Below are positions 26,979 through 36,116 of a DNA stretch of 43,800 nucleotides, piece after piece. Source of the DNA: an uncultured Dehalococcoidaceae bacterium (GTDB lineage Bacteria > Chloroflexota > Dehalococcoidia > Dehalococcoidales > CSSed11-197); NCBI GenBank assembly GCA_964398255.1, contig CAYNLZ010000001.1, positions 1 through 43,800 on the forward strand. Reading direction: 5' to 3'. The notes under the pieces are model-generated. The model saw nothing but the letters and a program-made list of their open reading frames with translations, searched no databases and was not told the origin of the DNA. Made by a program: the position numbers and the translations under genes. The stretch's first letter is position 1. Each line of letters starts with the position of its first letter.

Positions 26979-27041
26979 AACCTTGCCGTTTGTTATAAGG
27001 CATCTGGCCAAACAACGGCTTGCATTATAAGGCAATTCGGC

Positions 27042-28388
27042 ATGATTCTTAATTACCAAGAGACCTTGGATTATTTATATAGCCTGGTTGATTTTGAAGC
27101 ACGAACTGATGCAAATCAAGCCGCTTTATTTGATCTCCGGCGAATAGAGTTACTGCTGGGAAAACTTGGAGATCCACATTTTGAGGCGAGGTCAGTTCAC
27201 ATCGCCGGAACCAAAGGGAAAGGCAGCACGGCAGCAATGATATCCAGCGTCCTTTCATTTGCCGGGTTCAAGACTGGCCTTTATATATCTCCCCATCTTA
27301 TTGATTTTGCCGAACGTGTATCTATCAATGGTCAGTATATTCCTGATCAGGAAGTAATAAACCTGGTAGCTGAGCTTGAGCCATTGGTGCACCAAATCAA
27401 TTCTCGTGCAGAATACGGACGATTAACGACCTTCGAAGTAGTCACAGTTATGGCATTCGTTTATTTTGCGCGGTCTGGCGCTGAATTTCAGGTAGTGGAA
27501 ACCGGCTTGGGAGGCAGGCTGGACGCAACTAATGTTATAAATCCGTTGGTATCTGTCATAACATTAATTGGTTTGGACCATACTGCTGTTCTTGGAGATA
27601 CATTGGCACTCATCGCCGCAGAAAAAGCAGGCATTATCAAGAACCACGGAACGGTGATTAGCGCAAGACAGCTCGCTCCTGCCAGAGATGTCATCCGGAA
27701 AGTAGCAATTGAAAGAGAAGCAAAGCTGGTGGAGATAGAAAGTTCGATAGAATGTTCGTGTGTTGGATATGAAGGCAGATTCCAACTTTTTGAGCTTAGT
27801 AGCCCCAGAGACAAATACTTCATCAAGCTTCCTTTGCTAGGGGCGTACCAAAAAGAGAATCTGTGTTGCGCGGTGATGACTCTTGAAGAGATTTCAGATA
27901 AAGGTATTAATATATCAAAAGCCACGATTGAGCAGGGTATGCAAACAGTGAAATGGCCAGGCAGGTTCGATTTGATTTCTTCCAACCCTTTGGTTATTGT
28001 CGACGGTGCACATAACCCGGAATCAATGCGTGCCTTAATGGAAGCTCTTGAGGGGTATCTTGATGGCTATAATCAAAAAATTGCTAAAAAGACCCTCATT
28101 CTTGGGGTTTCATCCGATAAAGATATAACCAGTATGGCAGCTCTTCTTGAAGGTGTTTTTGATAAGGTCATTGTCACCCGTGCTAATCACCCCCGCTCTA
28201 TGGAAGTAGAAAAGATGGCTAAAGCCTTTAAAGACTTGAATATGGAAACATCTTGTACCGACAGTGTCGGCGAAGCTCTACGCAACACTTTTCAGCACCT
28301 GGCACAGGATGATCTTTTGCTTATAACAGGCTCTTTATTTGTTGCTGGAGAAGCAGTTGCCAGTTTGAGAGCCAGGGAGGCGTCTTAA
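27042..28388 (+). CDS. folC: bifunctional folylpolyglutamate synthase / dihydrofolate synthase
   Basis: 448 aa. HIAGTKGKGST P-loop, ETGLGGRLDATN and DGAHNPES motifs. Confidence 0.92.
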   Translation: MILNYQETLDYLYSLVDFEARTDANQAALFDLRRIELLLGKLGDPHFEARSVHIAGTKGKGSTAAMISSVLSFAGFKTGLYISPHLIDFAERVSINGQYIPDQEVINLVAELEPLVHQINSRAEYGRLTTFEVVTVMAFVYFARSGAEFQVVETGLGGRLDATNVINPLVSVITLIGLDHTAVLGDTLALIAAEKAGIIKNHGTVISARQLAPARDVIRKVAIEREAKLVEIESSIECSCVGYEGRFQLFELSSPRDKYFIKLPLLGAYQKENLCCAVMTLEEISDKGINISKATIEQGMQTVKWPGRFDLISSNPLVIVDGAHNPESMRALMEALEGYLDGYNQKIAKKTLILGVSSDKDITSMAALLEGVFDKVIVTRANHPRSMEVEKMAKAFKDLNMETSCTDSVGEALRNTFQHLAQDDLLLITGSLFVAGEAVASLRAREAS

Positions 28389-28645
28389 GCCGTTTCCGTG
28401 TTCCCTTCTCTGTCGTCTTCTGGCAGCATTACCCCCAGAATTTTTTGCATCGCCATGGTATGGGCGCACCAATCTCTGCTTTCAAAGAATGGACAGTTGC
28501 ATACCCAGTTGCCCTCGTTATAACTGACACAATGATTGTGGTTATCACCACGGATGGTAACTGTGAAATCACTAAAGGTGACGCGTTCGGGTTCACAGGC
28601 ATATAATTTTGCTTTTTCAACTTTTCCGATCAGACTCGATTGCAT
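28385..28645 (-). CDS. small SWIM zinc-finger protein
   Basis: 86 aa. CNCPFFESRDWCAH fits CxCx(n)CxH. GGAGGGG SD. The stop overlaps the folC stop in the palindrome CTTAAG. Confidence 0.75.
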   Translation of the reverse strand: MQSSLIGKVEKAKLYACEPERVTFSDFTVTIRGDNHNHCVSYNEGNWVCNCPFFESRDWCAHTMAMQKILGVMLPEDDREGNTETA

Positions 28646-28822
28646 TTCATACCCCTCCTAAAACTTAAATAGTCGCCCTTTAACCATGTCATAAAAAAGA
28701 ACGTTTTTCATCGTGCAGCGACACTTCTGAGGATATTGGGTTGTTAATGATTTGTAAACACGGACCCACCTCATAATTGTATCCTGTTTAAGATATAAAG
28801 TCTATAATCCTGATCCTTTATA

Positions 28823-28861
28823 AATAAGAGGGCGTTAAACAATGTTTAACGCCCTCTTATT
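28823..28861 (-). terminator. intrinsic terminator downstream of clpC
   Basis: Perfect 18-bp inverted repeat AATAAGAGGGCGTTAAAC / GTTTAACGCCCTCTTATT with a 3-nt loop. On the minus strand the GC core is followed by UUAUUUAUAAA. It lies 25 nt after the clpC stop. Confidence 0.7.
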
Positions 28862-28885
28862 GAGCAGCTCATTGCTCTGATTTAC

Positions 28886-31375
28886 TTAACCATCGACCGA
28901 CAAAGCGGTCATATTTTCTTTTTTGGCAGCGGTGTCGCCGCTTGAGCTGGTTATAACAATCTGGTCTTTTCTCAAACCGACCTTGATAGTGTCTCCAGAT
29001 TCGTAGAGCCCTTTTAACAGCCCTTCAGATATCGGGTCTTCAACCAGATCCTGTATGACGCGTTTCAAAGGCCTTGCGCCAAACACTTCATCATAACCTT
29101 TTTTGCCAAGGAAATCCTTGGCTTCGCGGCTGAACCTGATACCGACGTTCTTTTCTTCCAGCTGGTTAGTGACATTCATAACAGCCAGGTCAACAATCTG
29201 CAGGATTTGCTCTTGATTGAGCGGATGGAATACGACCACTCCATCCAGCCGGTTGAAGAATTCAGGCTTGAATGTTTTCTTGACTTCACCAAGCAGTTTT
29301 TCCTTCATTGCCTCATAGTTTTGTTTCTGAGATTTTTCCTCATCTACGGGCGATGAAAAGCCCATTTGTGGGCCTTTGCGTATAAGCTCTGCTCCTATGT
29401 TAGAGGTCATTATGATGATGCTATTTCTAAAATCGACCTTGCGACCTTTTGCATCAGTAAGATGACCGTCATCAAAAATCTGCAATAAGATGTTGAAGAC
29501 ATCCGGGTGCGCCTTCTCAACTTCATCGAGAAGTATACAAGCATAAGATTTACGGCGTACTGCTTCGGTCAACTGTCCGCCTTCTTCATACCCAACATAT
29601 CCGGGAGGGGCTCCAACCAAGCGGGAGACGGCAAATTTCTCCATAAATTCGCTCATGTCAATCCGAATCAGGGAATCTTCGTCCCCAAACATAAACTCCG
29701 CCAAAGCTTTAGCAAGTTCTGTTTTTCCTACACCAGTGGGGCCAAGGAACAGGAAGTTACCTATAGGCCTTCGTGGATCCTTTATCCCTGCACGAGCGCG
29801 CCTTACAGCTTTGGATATTGTTGTAATTGCCTCTTCCTGGCCGATAATACGTTTGTGCAGGACCTCTTCCATGTTCAGCAAACGTTTTGTTTCGTCGTTT
29901 GCCAGTTGGACGAGAGGGATAGAAGTCCACATGCTGACAACTTCTGCAACGTCTTCTTCGGTGACGCTGGCCTTTATTACTTCAGTGTTAGAAAGCCATT
30001 CTTCTTCTTCAGAGCGAATCTGCTTCCCAATTTGCAACTCTTGCTGTCTGAGTTCAGCAGCTTCATCGTACTGCTGGTTGGCAAGAGCTGTTTCCTTATC
30101 TTTGCGATAACGTTCTTCAGCCTGCTTCAATTTTTTGATTGAGCTGGGACGCGTGCCATAGCGTATCCTGACGCGAGATGCGGCTTCGTCAATAATATCG
30201 ATAGCCTTGTCTGGCAGGTAGCGATCAGGTATATAACGTGATGCAAGGTTGACAGCTGCTTTAAGAGCTTCGTCGGTAATCTCCAGCTGGTGGTGCTCTT
30301 CATAACGAGATTTAATTCCTCGCAAGATCTCCAAAGAGTCATCAGTTGAAGGTTCTTCTACTAGTACTGGCTGGAAACGCCTCTCCAGTGCCGCATCGCG
30401 CTCAACGTATTTGCGATAATCATCAAGAGTGGTAGCTCCTATACATTGCAATTCACCTCTTGCCAGCGGGGGTTTAAGTATATTGGCTGCGTCAACAGCT
30501 CCTTCAGCTGCTCCGGCGCCAACCAGTGTGTGGAACTCATCTATAAACAGAACACAATCACCAGCGGCTTTGATTTCATCGAGAATCTTTTTCAACCTCT
30601 CTTCAAATTCGCCACGGTATTTGGTTCCGGCAACGACGGAAGCCATATCAAGGGCAACAATCCGTTTTTCTTCAAGCGTAGGTGGCACATCCCCGGCAAT
30701 TATACGGTGAGCCAACCCTTCTACAATCGCTGTTTTACCGACACCCGGTTCTCCGATCAGGGCGGGATTGTTCTTGGTCCGCCGGCTGAGTATTTGTATC
30801 ACTCTTTCAATTTCTTTATCTCTTCCGATAACCGGATCCAGTTTTCCTTCACGGGCTGCTAATGTTAGGTCTCTGCTGACCTGGTCAAGGGTTGGAGTTT
30901 TGCTTGAGCGCCCCTGTTTGCCTTTTTGACTGCTCGATGATAGAACTCTTGCAATTTCCGCGCGTACCCTTTCCTGATTTACTTCCAAATTTTTCAGGAC
31001 CCTGGCGGCAACTCCTCCACCCTCCCTCAAAATACCGAGAAGAAGGTGTTCAGTACCGATGTAACTGTGGCTCATCTGCCTTGCTTCATCAATAGCCAGT
31101 TCAATAACTTTCTTTGCTCTTCCAGTCAGGCCGGATGAGCTCGTAGCTGGCTTTTCCTCTTCATTTATTGTGTATTCCACTGCCTGACGAATGCGTGGCA
31201 GACTGATCCTCATATTTGTCAGCACTTTGGCTGCAATACCTTCCTCTTCCCTGACAAGGCCGAGAAGAATATGCTCAGTGCCGATATAGCTATGGTTGAA
31301 CCGCTGTGCTTCTTCCTGTGCCAAGGTAAGAACTCTGCGGGCATGTTCACTAAACTTGTCAAAACGACTTACCAA
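28886..31375 (-). CDS. clpC: ATP-dependent Clp protease ATP-binding subunit ClpC
   Basis: 829 aa. Two Clp-N repeats, Walker A GEPGVGKT and GPTGVGKT, a UVR-like linker. TTG start with AGGAG 7 nt upstream. Confidence 0.95.
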   Translation of the reverse strand: MVSRFDKFSEHARRVLTLAQEEAQRFNHSYIGTEHILLGLVREEEGIAAKVLTNMRISLPRIRQAVEYTINEEEKPATSSSGLTGRAKKVIELAIDEARQMSHSYIGTEHLLLGILREGGGVAARVLKNLEVNQERVRAEIARVLSSSSQKGKQGRSSKTPTLDQVSRDLTLAAREGKLDPVIGRDKEIERVIQILSRRTKNNPALIGEPGVGKTAIVEGLAHRIIAGDVPPTLEEKRIVALDMASVVAGTKYRGEFEERLKKILDEIKAAGDCVLFIDEFHTLVGAGAAEGAVDAANILKPPLARGELQCIGATTLDDYRKYVERDAALERRFQPVLVEEPSTDDSLEILRGIKSRYEEHHQLEITDEALKAAVNLASRYIPDRYLPDKAIDIIDEAASRVRIRYGTRPSSIKKLKQAEERYRKDKETALANQQYDEAAELRQQELQIGKQIRSEEEEWLSNTEVIKASVTEEDVAEVVSMWTSIPLVQLANDETKRLLNMEEVLHKRIIGQEEAITTISKAVRRARAGIKDPRRPIGNFLFLGPTGVGKTELAKALAEFMFGDEDSLIRIDMSEFMEKFAVSRLVGAPPGYVGYEEGGQLTEAVRRKSYACILLDEVEKAHPDVFNILLQIFDDGHLTDAKGRKVDFRNSIIIMTSNIGAELIRKGPQMGFSSPVDEEKSQKQNYEAMKEKLLGEVKKTFKPEFFNRLDGVVVFHPLNQEQILQIVDLAVMNVTNQLEEKNVGIRFSREAKDFLGKKGYDEVFGARPLKRVIQDLVEDPISEGLLKGLYESGDTIKVGLRKDQIVITSSSGDTAAKKENMTALSVDG

Positions 31376-31452
31376 TTTACAACTCCTGTATCAGCCATTA
31401 GCTGATGCGTTAACTTCAAGACACCATCCACGATGCCAACTCCCCAGTTATG

Positions 31453-31481
31453 ATTATAGAATAAAGAGCCAATACGGTCAA
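31453..31481 (-). promoter_or_regulatory. putative clpC promoter
   Basis: Minus strand TTGACC (31481-31476), 17-nt spacer, TATAAT (31458-31453). Leader of about 70 nt. Confidence 0.55.
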
Positions 31482-31555
31482 TGAAAAACGAATTTTCCAA
31501 AGCTGAATCGCATGTTTTGGAGGATATTCTTGTCATATTCACACCAATTTTGCTC

Positions 31556-31585
31556 TTGACCGCCATTCTAAAAAGAGATTATGCT
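31556..31585 (+). promoter_or_regulatory. putative promoter giving a near-leaderless cbiH mRNA
   Basis: TTGACC (31556-31561), 18-nt spacer, TATGCT (31580-31585). The ATG at 31595 has no SD. Confidence 0.35.
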
Positions 31586-31594
31586 TACTGCATT

Positions 31595-32338
31595 ATGAGC
31601 GGCAAAGTATATTTGATTGGAATAGGAAGCGGAAATCCTGCCGATCTGACTCCACGGGCTGAAAGGGCAATTGTCGAGTCACAGATAGTTATCGGTCATG
31701 ATTTTAGCCTGGAATTAATACGTAGATTATTGAAAGAAAAACAGGCAATCGGTCAGGAAATGAGTCCGCTTGAACGTTCATCAGTTGCGGTTGGGTACTG
31801 CCTGAAAGGGCTTTCTGTGGCGATTATCTCTACGGGAGATCCGGGGATATACGCTATTGCGGCGACTTTTTTAAACTATCTTAAAGAGAAAGAGATAATA
31901 ATCCCGGTTGAGGTTATCCCAGGGATAACGACGTCCAGTAATGCGGCAGCTATTTTAGGCGCGCCGATTGGGAATGATTTTGCGGTCATCAGCCTTTCTG
32001 ACCAATCGGGTAGCTGGCCTTCTGCTTTGGAGCGCCTTGAGCAAGCGGCGGCGGCTGATTTTGTGTTGGTATTATATAATCCTCTTGGAAAATTAGGTAA
32101 TAAACGTGTGCTGGATGTTTGTGGGGCGCTTGGGTCCATAAGAAACCCTAAAACTCCGGTCGGAGTAGTTAGCGGCGCCGGCGGAAAAGACGAATCGGTT
32201 CAAATTATTAATCTCGAGGATTTGCCCCGGACCAGATTGTCGGCAGACTCCTTAATCATCATCGGGAGCAGCTCAACATGCAGATACGCCGATTGGATGA
32301 TTACACCAAGAGCTTACCAGCCAGGTATTGGGTACTAA
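31595..32338 (+). CDS. cbiH: precorrin-3B / cobalt-factor III C17-methyltransferase (CobJ/CbiH family)
   Basis: KVYLIGIGSGNPADLT, STGDPGIYA, VIPGITTSSNAAAILGAP, DFAVISLSD and LYNP motifs. ATG 31595 (MSGKVY) preferred. The ORF-track start at 31481 sits in the clpC promoter. Confidence 0.85.
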   Translation: MSGKVYLIGIGSGNPADLTPRAERAIVESQIVIGHDFSLELIRRLLKEKQAIGQEMSPLERSSVAVGYCLKGLSVAIISTGDPGIYAIAATFLNYLKEKEIIIPVEVIPGITTSSNAAAILGAPIGNDFAVISLSDQSGSWPSALERLEQAAAADFVLVLYNPLGKLGNKRVLDVCGALGSIRNPKTPVGVVSGAGGKDESVQIINLEDLPRTRLSADSLIIIGSSSTCRYADWMITPRAYQPGIGY

Positions 32339-32402
32339 GCCGGGCTGGTAATTTACATTCGTGCGACCAGCTATAGAAGAGGTAGCCAGTTGAAAAGCGT
32401 GG

Positions 32403-33176
32403 CTATGAAGAGCGTCTTACTTGTATCATTTGACCAAGTATGCTTACTGCTATTTCTTCGGGCGTATGAGCATTGATGCGGGTGCCGATAGGGGCGTAAA
32501 CCTTGGAGATTTGCTCATCAGTCACGCCTTTCGACTTAAGACTTGTATACACCGCCTGGTTTTTTGTCTCCGAGCCTATCATCCCAATGTAGCGCGCCGG
32601 TGTCTTCAATGCTCCTTCAAGTACAACTTCATCGTTTTCATGGCCATAAGTGACAATCACGATATAGCTTCCCTTGTCAATCTGCAGTTCATCAAATGAT
32701 TTTTTAAAGTCAGAGACAAGGGTTTTACGTGCATCCGGGAAACGTTCTTTCGTGGCATAACCTGGCCGGTCATCAATGACGGTGACCTGGTATCCCACCA
32801 GGTGCGCCATTGGGGAGAGGGCGTGGGCGATGTGGCCAGCCCCAAAAATAAACAGGGAAGGTGAGCATAATACAGGCTCGATAAACACCTCAACATCTCC
32901 ACCGCAGATCATTCCGACGCCTTCGTCTGCTTTTTTCAATTCATACTTGAAACGTTGCGGCTTTCCCTTGCGGATCACTTCACGGGCGGCTTGTATTACT
33001 TCATTTTCGATGCTTCCCCCGCCTATGGACCCCTTGATGGAGCCGTCTTCCATAACCATCATTTTGGCTCCTTCTCCCCGTGGTGTGGAGCCACTCGCGC
33101 TGATAAGAGTTACCAGTGCGACTTCCTTGCCTTCAGATTTGAGCCTGGCTATTTCTGTGTAAATATCAATATCCAT
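32403..33176 (-). CDS. XdhC/CoxI-family molybdoenzyme maturation factor (possibly YqeB-type)
   Basis: 257 aa. ALVTLISASGSTPRGEGAKMMV...GSIGGG N-terminal domain and a Rossmann-like IFGAGHIA C-terminal domain. Confidence 0.85.
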   Translation of the reverse strand: MDIDIYTEIARLKSEGKEVALVTLISASGSTPRGEGAKMMVMEDGSIKGSIGGGSIENEVIQAAREVIRKGKPQRFKYELKKADEGVGMICGGDVEVFIEPVLCSPSLFIFGAGHIAHALSPMAHLVGYQVTVIDDRPGYATKERFPDARKTLVSDFKKSFDELQIDKGSYIVIVTYGHENDEVVLEGALKTPARYIGMIGSETKNQAVYTSLKSKGVTDEQISKVYAPIGTRINAHTPEEIAVSILGQMIQVRRSS

Positions 33177-33180
33177 ATAA

Positions 33181-33978
33181 CTACCTTGTTTGATTTATTT
33201 GTATAAACTGAACTTTTGGAAGACTTCCCCCAAGACATCCTATTATAACACGGCTGAATACAGGATGTATTTTTGAAGAGCTTGCAATTTCTTTGGCCAG
33301 TTCGATTTTTTCCTCATCGTCAACCTTGTTTATAAAGGCAACTCTTCGTGCGTGTGGTGGACTCGTTCGTGTAATGCCTTCGGGGTGCGCCATCAATGTT
33401 GCCACTGCACCTGGAGTAACAACGTCCTCTGGTGATAAACCAGTGAGTTTGCTGGCAATTTCATGCCTGAATACGATATCTTTGAATACCTTGCCAACAC
33501 CATCAATTCCAGCAACAGCTATAACAATACTTGTCTCCGGCACGATTACCGGTTCGGTTTGATTGGGAGCCTTAAGCGGTTTGCGTTGGGCTCCGTCGGC
33601 TTCGACAATAACAAAATCAGCAAACTCAAGAAACCCTGGTATTATATCAGGGTCCGGGCCAACAAGTTTCCCGGTCGGCTCCTGGCGACAAACAGCTGTG
33701 ATTATGTTGTTGGAGATGATTGCCTTTTGTATTTCCGCGTAAATGCTTTTTTTGTCTTTTCCCAAAATAAAGTAACCAGCTCCCTGGTCACGGAGTATAT
33801 GAGTGGTTGTGGTTATAATGACTTTGTACCCTGAATCAGCCAATTCAAGTGCCAGTGTCTTCATCAGGGTGCTTTTACCCCCTCCGCCCACCAGGCTGAT
33901 AATCTCTCCTTTGGAAAGATCTAATGCCTTGGAGATGGTAACATCCTCAGCCTTTATAATCGGATTATTGTTAGTCAT
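33181..33978 (-). CDS. yqeC: YqeC-family accessory protein (putative selenium-dependent molybdenum hydroxylase maturation)
   Basis: 265 aa. ISLVGGGGKSTLMKTLALEL..GYKVIITTTTHI matches the YqeC (TIGR03172) pattern as I recall it. GAGGAGAG SD. Lies 4 nt upstream of the XdhC-family gene. Confidence 0.78.
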   Translation of the reverse strand: MTNNNPIIKAEDVTISKALDLSKGEIISLVGGGGKSTLMKTLALELADSGYKVIITTTTHILRDQGAGYFILGKDKKSIYAEIQKAIISNNIITAVCRQEPTGKLVGPDPDIIPGFLEFADFVIVEADGAQRKPLKAPNQTEPVIVPETSIVIAVAGIDGVGKVFKDIVFRHEIASKLTGLSPEDVVTPGAVATLMAHPEGITRTSPPHARRVAFINKVDDEEKIELAKEIASSSKIHPVFSRVIIGCLGGSLPKVQFIQINQTR

Positions 33979-34188
33979 GCTCTCCTCTCTTCCTGTAAAT
34001 CGCTAGCCAAAATAATCGATAAGAACCAGAAAACAGGTGTTTGCCATGTTTGACACTTGCAACCGAGGTTTTCAATCTGGCTGGTTGTATTATACAGAAC
34101 CAGGATAAAAGAAGAAAAAATAATAAACAAGAAGCCAGTTTTGTGATGAAACAAAAGAAGATGATTTCGGGAGATAGTCCCAATCCTC

Positions 34189-34194
34189 TATAAT
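34189..34194 (+). promoter_or_regulatory. -10 element positioned for a leaderless rsmD mRNA
   Basis: TATAAT at 34189-34194 ends 7 nt before the A of ATG 34202. No SD. The -35 is weak (TTTCGG region). Confidence 0.35.
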
Positions 34195-34201
34195 TACAAT
34201 T

Positions 34202-34750
34202 ATGAGAATTATTAGTGGAGAAGTGAAAGGGCATCGGATCAAAATGCCCAAAGGAACACCAACGCGCCCGGCAACAGAATTGGTCAGGGGGGCTATATTT
34301 TCCGCGCTTGATAGCTTGGGAGCTTCAAGCGATGTTGTGCTTGATTTGTTTTCTGGCTCTGGCTCTCTTGGGCTTGAGGCATTGAGTCGTGGAGCGGGGT
34401 GGGTTGATTTTGTTGACCGCGACAAGCGATGTTGTGCTATAATCAAGGAAAATTTGGTCAGTCTGGGTTTTTGTGACCAAGCCAAAGTGTATTGTCTGGA
34501 TGTTAGCCGGGCAATAGGTTTGATGGATAAGGAGTACAATTTAATTCTGATGGACCCACCCTATCCTAGTCCTGAGATAGACAGTATTCTGGAACAGCTG
34601 GCAAATTCGCCTCTCGTAGGCTGCAGTACTGTTGTGTGTTCTACACATTCGTCTCGTCGCCCGTTACGGCAGTTTTATTCTTCCATGAAAATGTTCAAAG
34701 AGCTTAAGCATGGGGATAGTACTGCCTCATTTTTTATGGTGGAGAATTAG
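34202..34750 (+). CDS. rsmD: 16S rRNA (guanine966-N2)-methyltransferase RsmD
   Basis: MRIISGEVKGHRIKMPKGTPTRPATELVRGAIFSAL, LDLFSGSGSLGLEALSRGA and LMDPPY motifs. Confidence 0.9.
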   Translation: MRIISGEVKGHRIKMPKGTPTRPATELVRGAIFSALDSLGASSDVVLDLFSGSGSLGLEALSRGAGWVDFVDRDKRCCAIIKENLVSLGFCDQAKVYCLDVSRAIGLMDKEYNLILMDPPYPSPEIDSILEQLANSPLVGCSTVVCSTHSSRRPLRQFYSSMKMFKELKHGDSTASFFMVEN

Positions 34751-34752
34751 TT

Positions 34753-35244
34753 ATGGTTACTGCATTTTATCCAGGAACATTTGATCCTGTCACGAACGGA
34801 CATATCGATATCGCTGTTCGTTCTGCCAGCTTGTTCGATAAAGTTGTTGTCGGCGTGTTCGATTGTCCTAGAAAAGAATTGTTGTTTTCGCTTGAAGAAA
34901 GAGTGGCTCTTGCCCGGGAGGCCGTTAAAGAGTATGACAATATCAGTGTTGAGCCGTATTCTGGTTTAACCGTTGAATTTGCTCGTACGTGCGGTGCAAA
35001 GGTTTTGGTTAGAGGGCTTAGAGTCAGTGGTGATTTTGAATTTGAGTTTTCAATGGCGATGATGAACAGGCAGCTCGATCCGGACCTTGAAATGGTGTGC
35101 CTGATGACCAGTCCCAAGTTCCAGTTTCTTAGTAGTTCAATACTAAAAGAAGTTGCACATTTAAATGGAGATATTAGTGATTTTGTCCCCGCGCACATAG
35201 AAAAAGCGGTCAGGCAAAAAACAAGAGAATGCAATAATCTATAA
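34753..35244 (+). CDS. coaD: phosphopantetheine adenylyltransferase
   Basis: YPGTFDPVTNGHIDI, LVRGLR and SSSILKEV motifs. GGTGGAG SD. Starts 2 nt after rsmD. Confidence 0.93.
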   Translation: MVTAFYPGTFDPVTNGHIDIAVRSASLFDKVVVGVFDCPRKELLFSLEERVALAREAVKEYDNISVEPYSGLTVEFARTCGAKVLVRGLRVSGDFEFEFSMAMMNRQLDPDLEMVCLMTSPKFQFLSSSILKEVAHLNGDISDFVPAHIEKAVRQKTRECNNL

Positions 35245-35314
35245 TAACCCGGAAAATTTATAAATAACGTGAATTTATAGTAGTGACGATTACTCAAGGA
35301 GGAAAAATAACCGA

Positions 35315-35581
35315 ATGGCATACAAAATAACTGATGAGTGCATTAGTTGTGGTGCTTGTGAAATGGAATGTCCCAACAGTGCTATCAGCGAAGGGGAAAC
35401 GCAATATGATATCGACTCTGCCAAATGTACAGAATGTGTTGGCAGTTTTGATTTTGCGCAATGTGTTGATATTTGCCCGGTAGAAGCAGTTGTTCTTGAT
35501 CCTGACCACGAAGAGAGTCGGGATGTTTTAATTGAAAAGTGGAAAACACTTCATCCTGGAGAAGAACCTAAGCTGGACTAG
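35315..35581 (+). CDS. 2x[4Fe-4S] ferredoxin (YfhL-like)
   Basis: 88 aa. [12 protein letters not shown] and [18 protein letters not shown] motifs. AAGGAGG lies upstream. Confidence 0.85.
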   Translation: MAYKITDECISCGACEMECPNSAISEGETQYDIDSAKCTECVGSFDFAQCVDICPVEAVVLDPDHEESRDVLIEKWKTLHPGEEPKLD

Positions 35582-35588
35582 TAGCCAG

Positions 35589-36083
35589 CTAAAAAAGAAG
35601 CCAGGTAAAAAAATCACGGACTGAGTCAAAACCTGATGGTAGCAGGGCAATCAGAAAAGGGAATTTGCCTGCCAGGAAACTGGCAACAGCGGAATCAGCT
35701 ATAACGGCAGGTTCAAAAAGCCTCACGAGCAGGGACAACAGCGCGCCTAGTAATAGCGCGCCGACGACAAGTCCAAATATTGCGCCGCCAGCCCGATCTG
35801 CCCATCCCAGCAAAATTGCTGAGACGGCTGTTTTGACCAGTTTGGCCAGAAATGCAGCAGCAGCCATGGCAATAATTACGATAAGGATAAAAGCAAATAT
35901 ATTAAATATTGCACTATCGCCGAAGCCGAACCAAGAACTGACGGTATCGTAAAACCGGCTGGCAAGTATTATTCCAACTATGACACCGATAATAGAAAAC
36001 ACGGTTTTGACGAGCCCACGTCTCAGGCCATTGAAGGTGCTAAGCCCTAAAAGTATTAACAATATAACGTCAAGCCAGTTCAT
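35589..36083 (-). CDS. cvpA: CvpA-family membrane protein
   Basis: MNWLDVILLILLGLSTFNGLRRGLVKTVFSIIG is a typical CvpA N-terminus. Four TM segments. ATG 36083 preferred. Confidence 0.8.
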   Translation of the reverse strand: MNWLDVILLILLGLSTFNGLRRGLVKTVFSIIGVIVGIILASRFYDTVSSWFGFGDSAIFNIFAFILIVIIAMAAAAFLAKLVKTAVSAILLGWADRAGGAIFGLVVGALLLGALLSLLVRLFEPAVIADSAVASFLAGKFPFLIALLPSGFDSVRDFFTWLLF

Positions 36084-36116
36084 ACAATTTTTATTATAGC
36101 ACAATCATATATGAGT

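Noticed and set aside
27488-27985. A 165-aa ORF antisense to folC.
   Set aside because: This is a shadow ORF within a clear folC.
29507-30142. A 211-aa ORF antisense to clpC, plus 29655-30110 and 30429-30862.
   Set aside because: These are shadow ORFs inside clpC with no start signals and implausible composition.
31376-31481. A CtsR operator upstream of clpC.
   Set aside because: Only a single GGTCAA half-site is present, and it is simply the complement of the -35 hexamer. There is no tandem heptad repeat.
31481-31594. The N-terminal 38-aa extension of the cbiH ORF (MKNEFSKAES...).
   Set aside because: CbiH homologs begin at the KVYLIGIG strand. The extension overlaps the clpC promoter and lacks an SD.
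33971-34234. An 87-aa hydrophobic ORF upstream of yqeC that overlaps the rsmD start.
   Set aside because: It is generated by an AT-rich spacer (poly-A/T runs translate to Phe/Leu/Lys). Its start lies inside rsmD and it has no SD.
34767-35321. A 184-aa minus-strand ORF covering all of coaD in antisense. ORF 34090-34539, antisense to rsmD, is similar.
   Set aside because: coaD and rsmD are unambiguous. The antisense translations are low complexity and lack SD sites.
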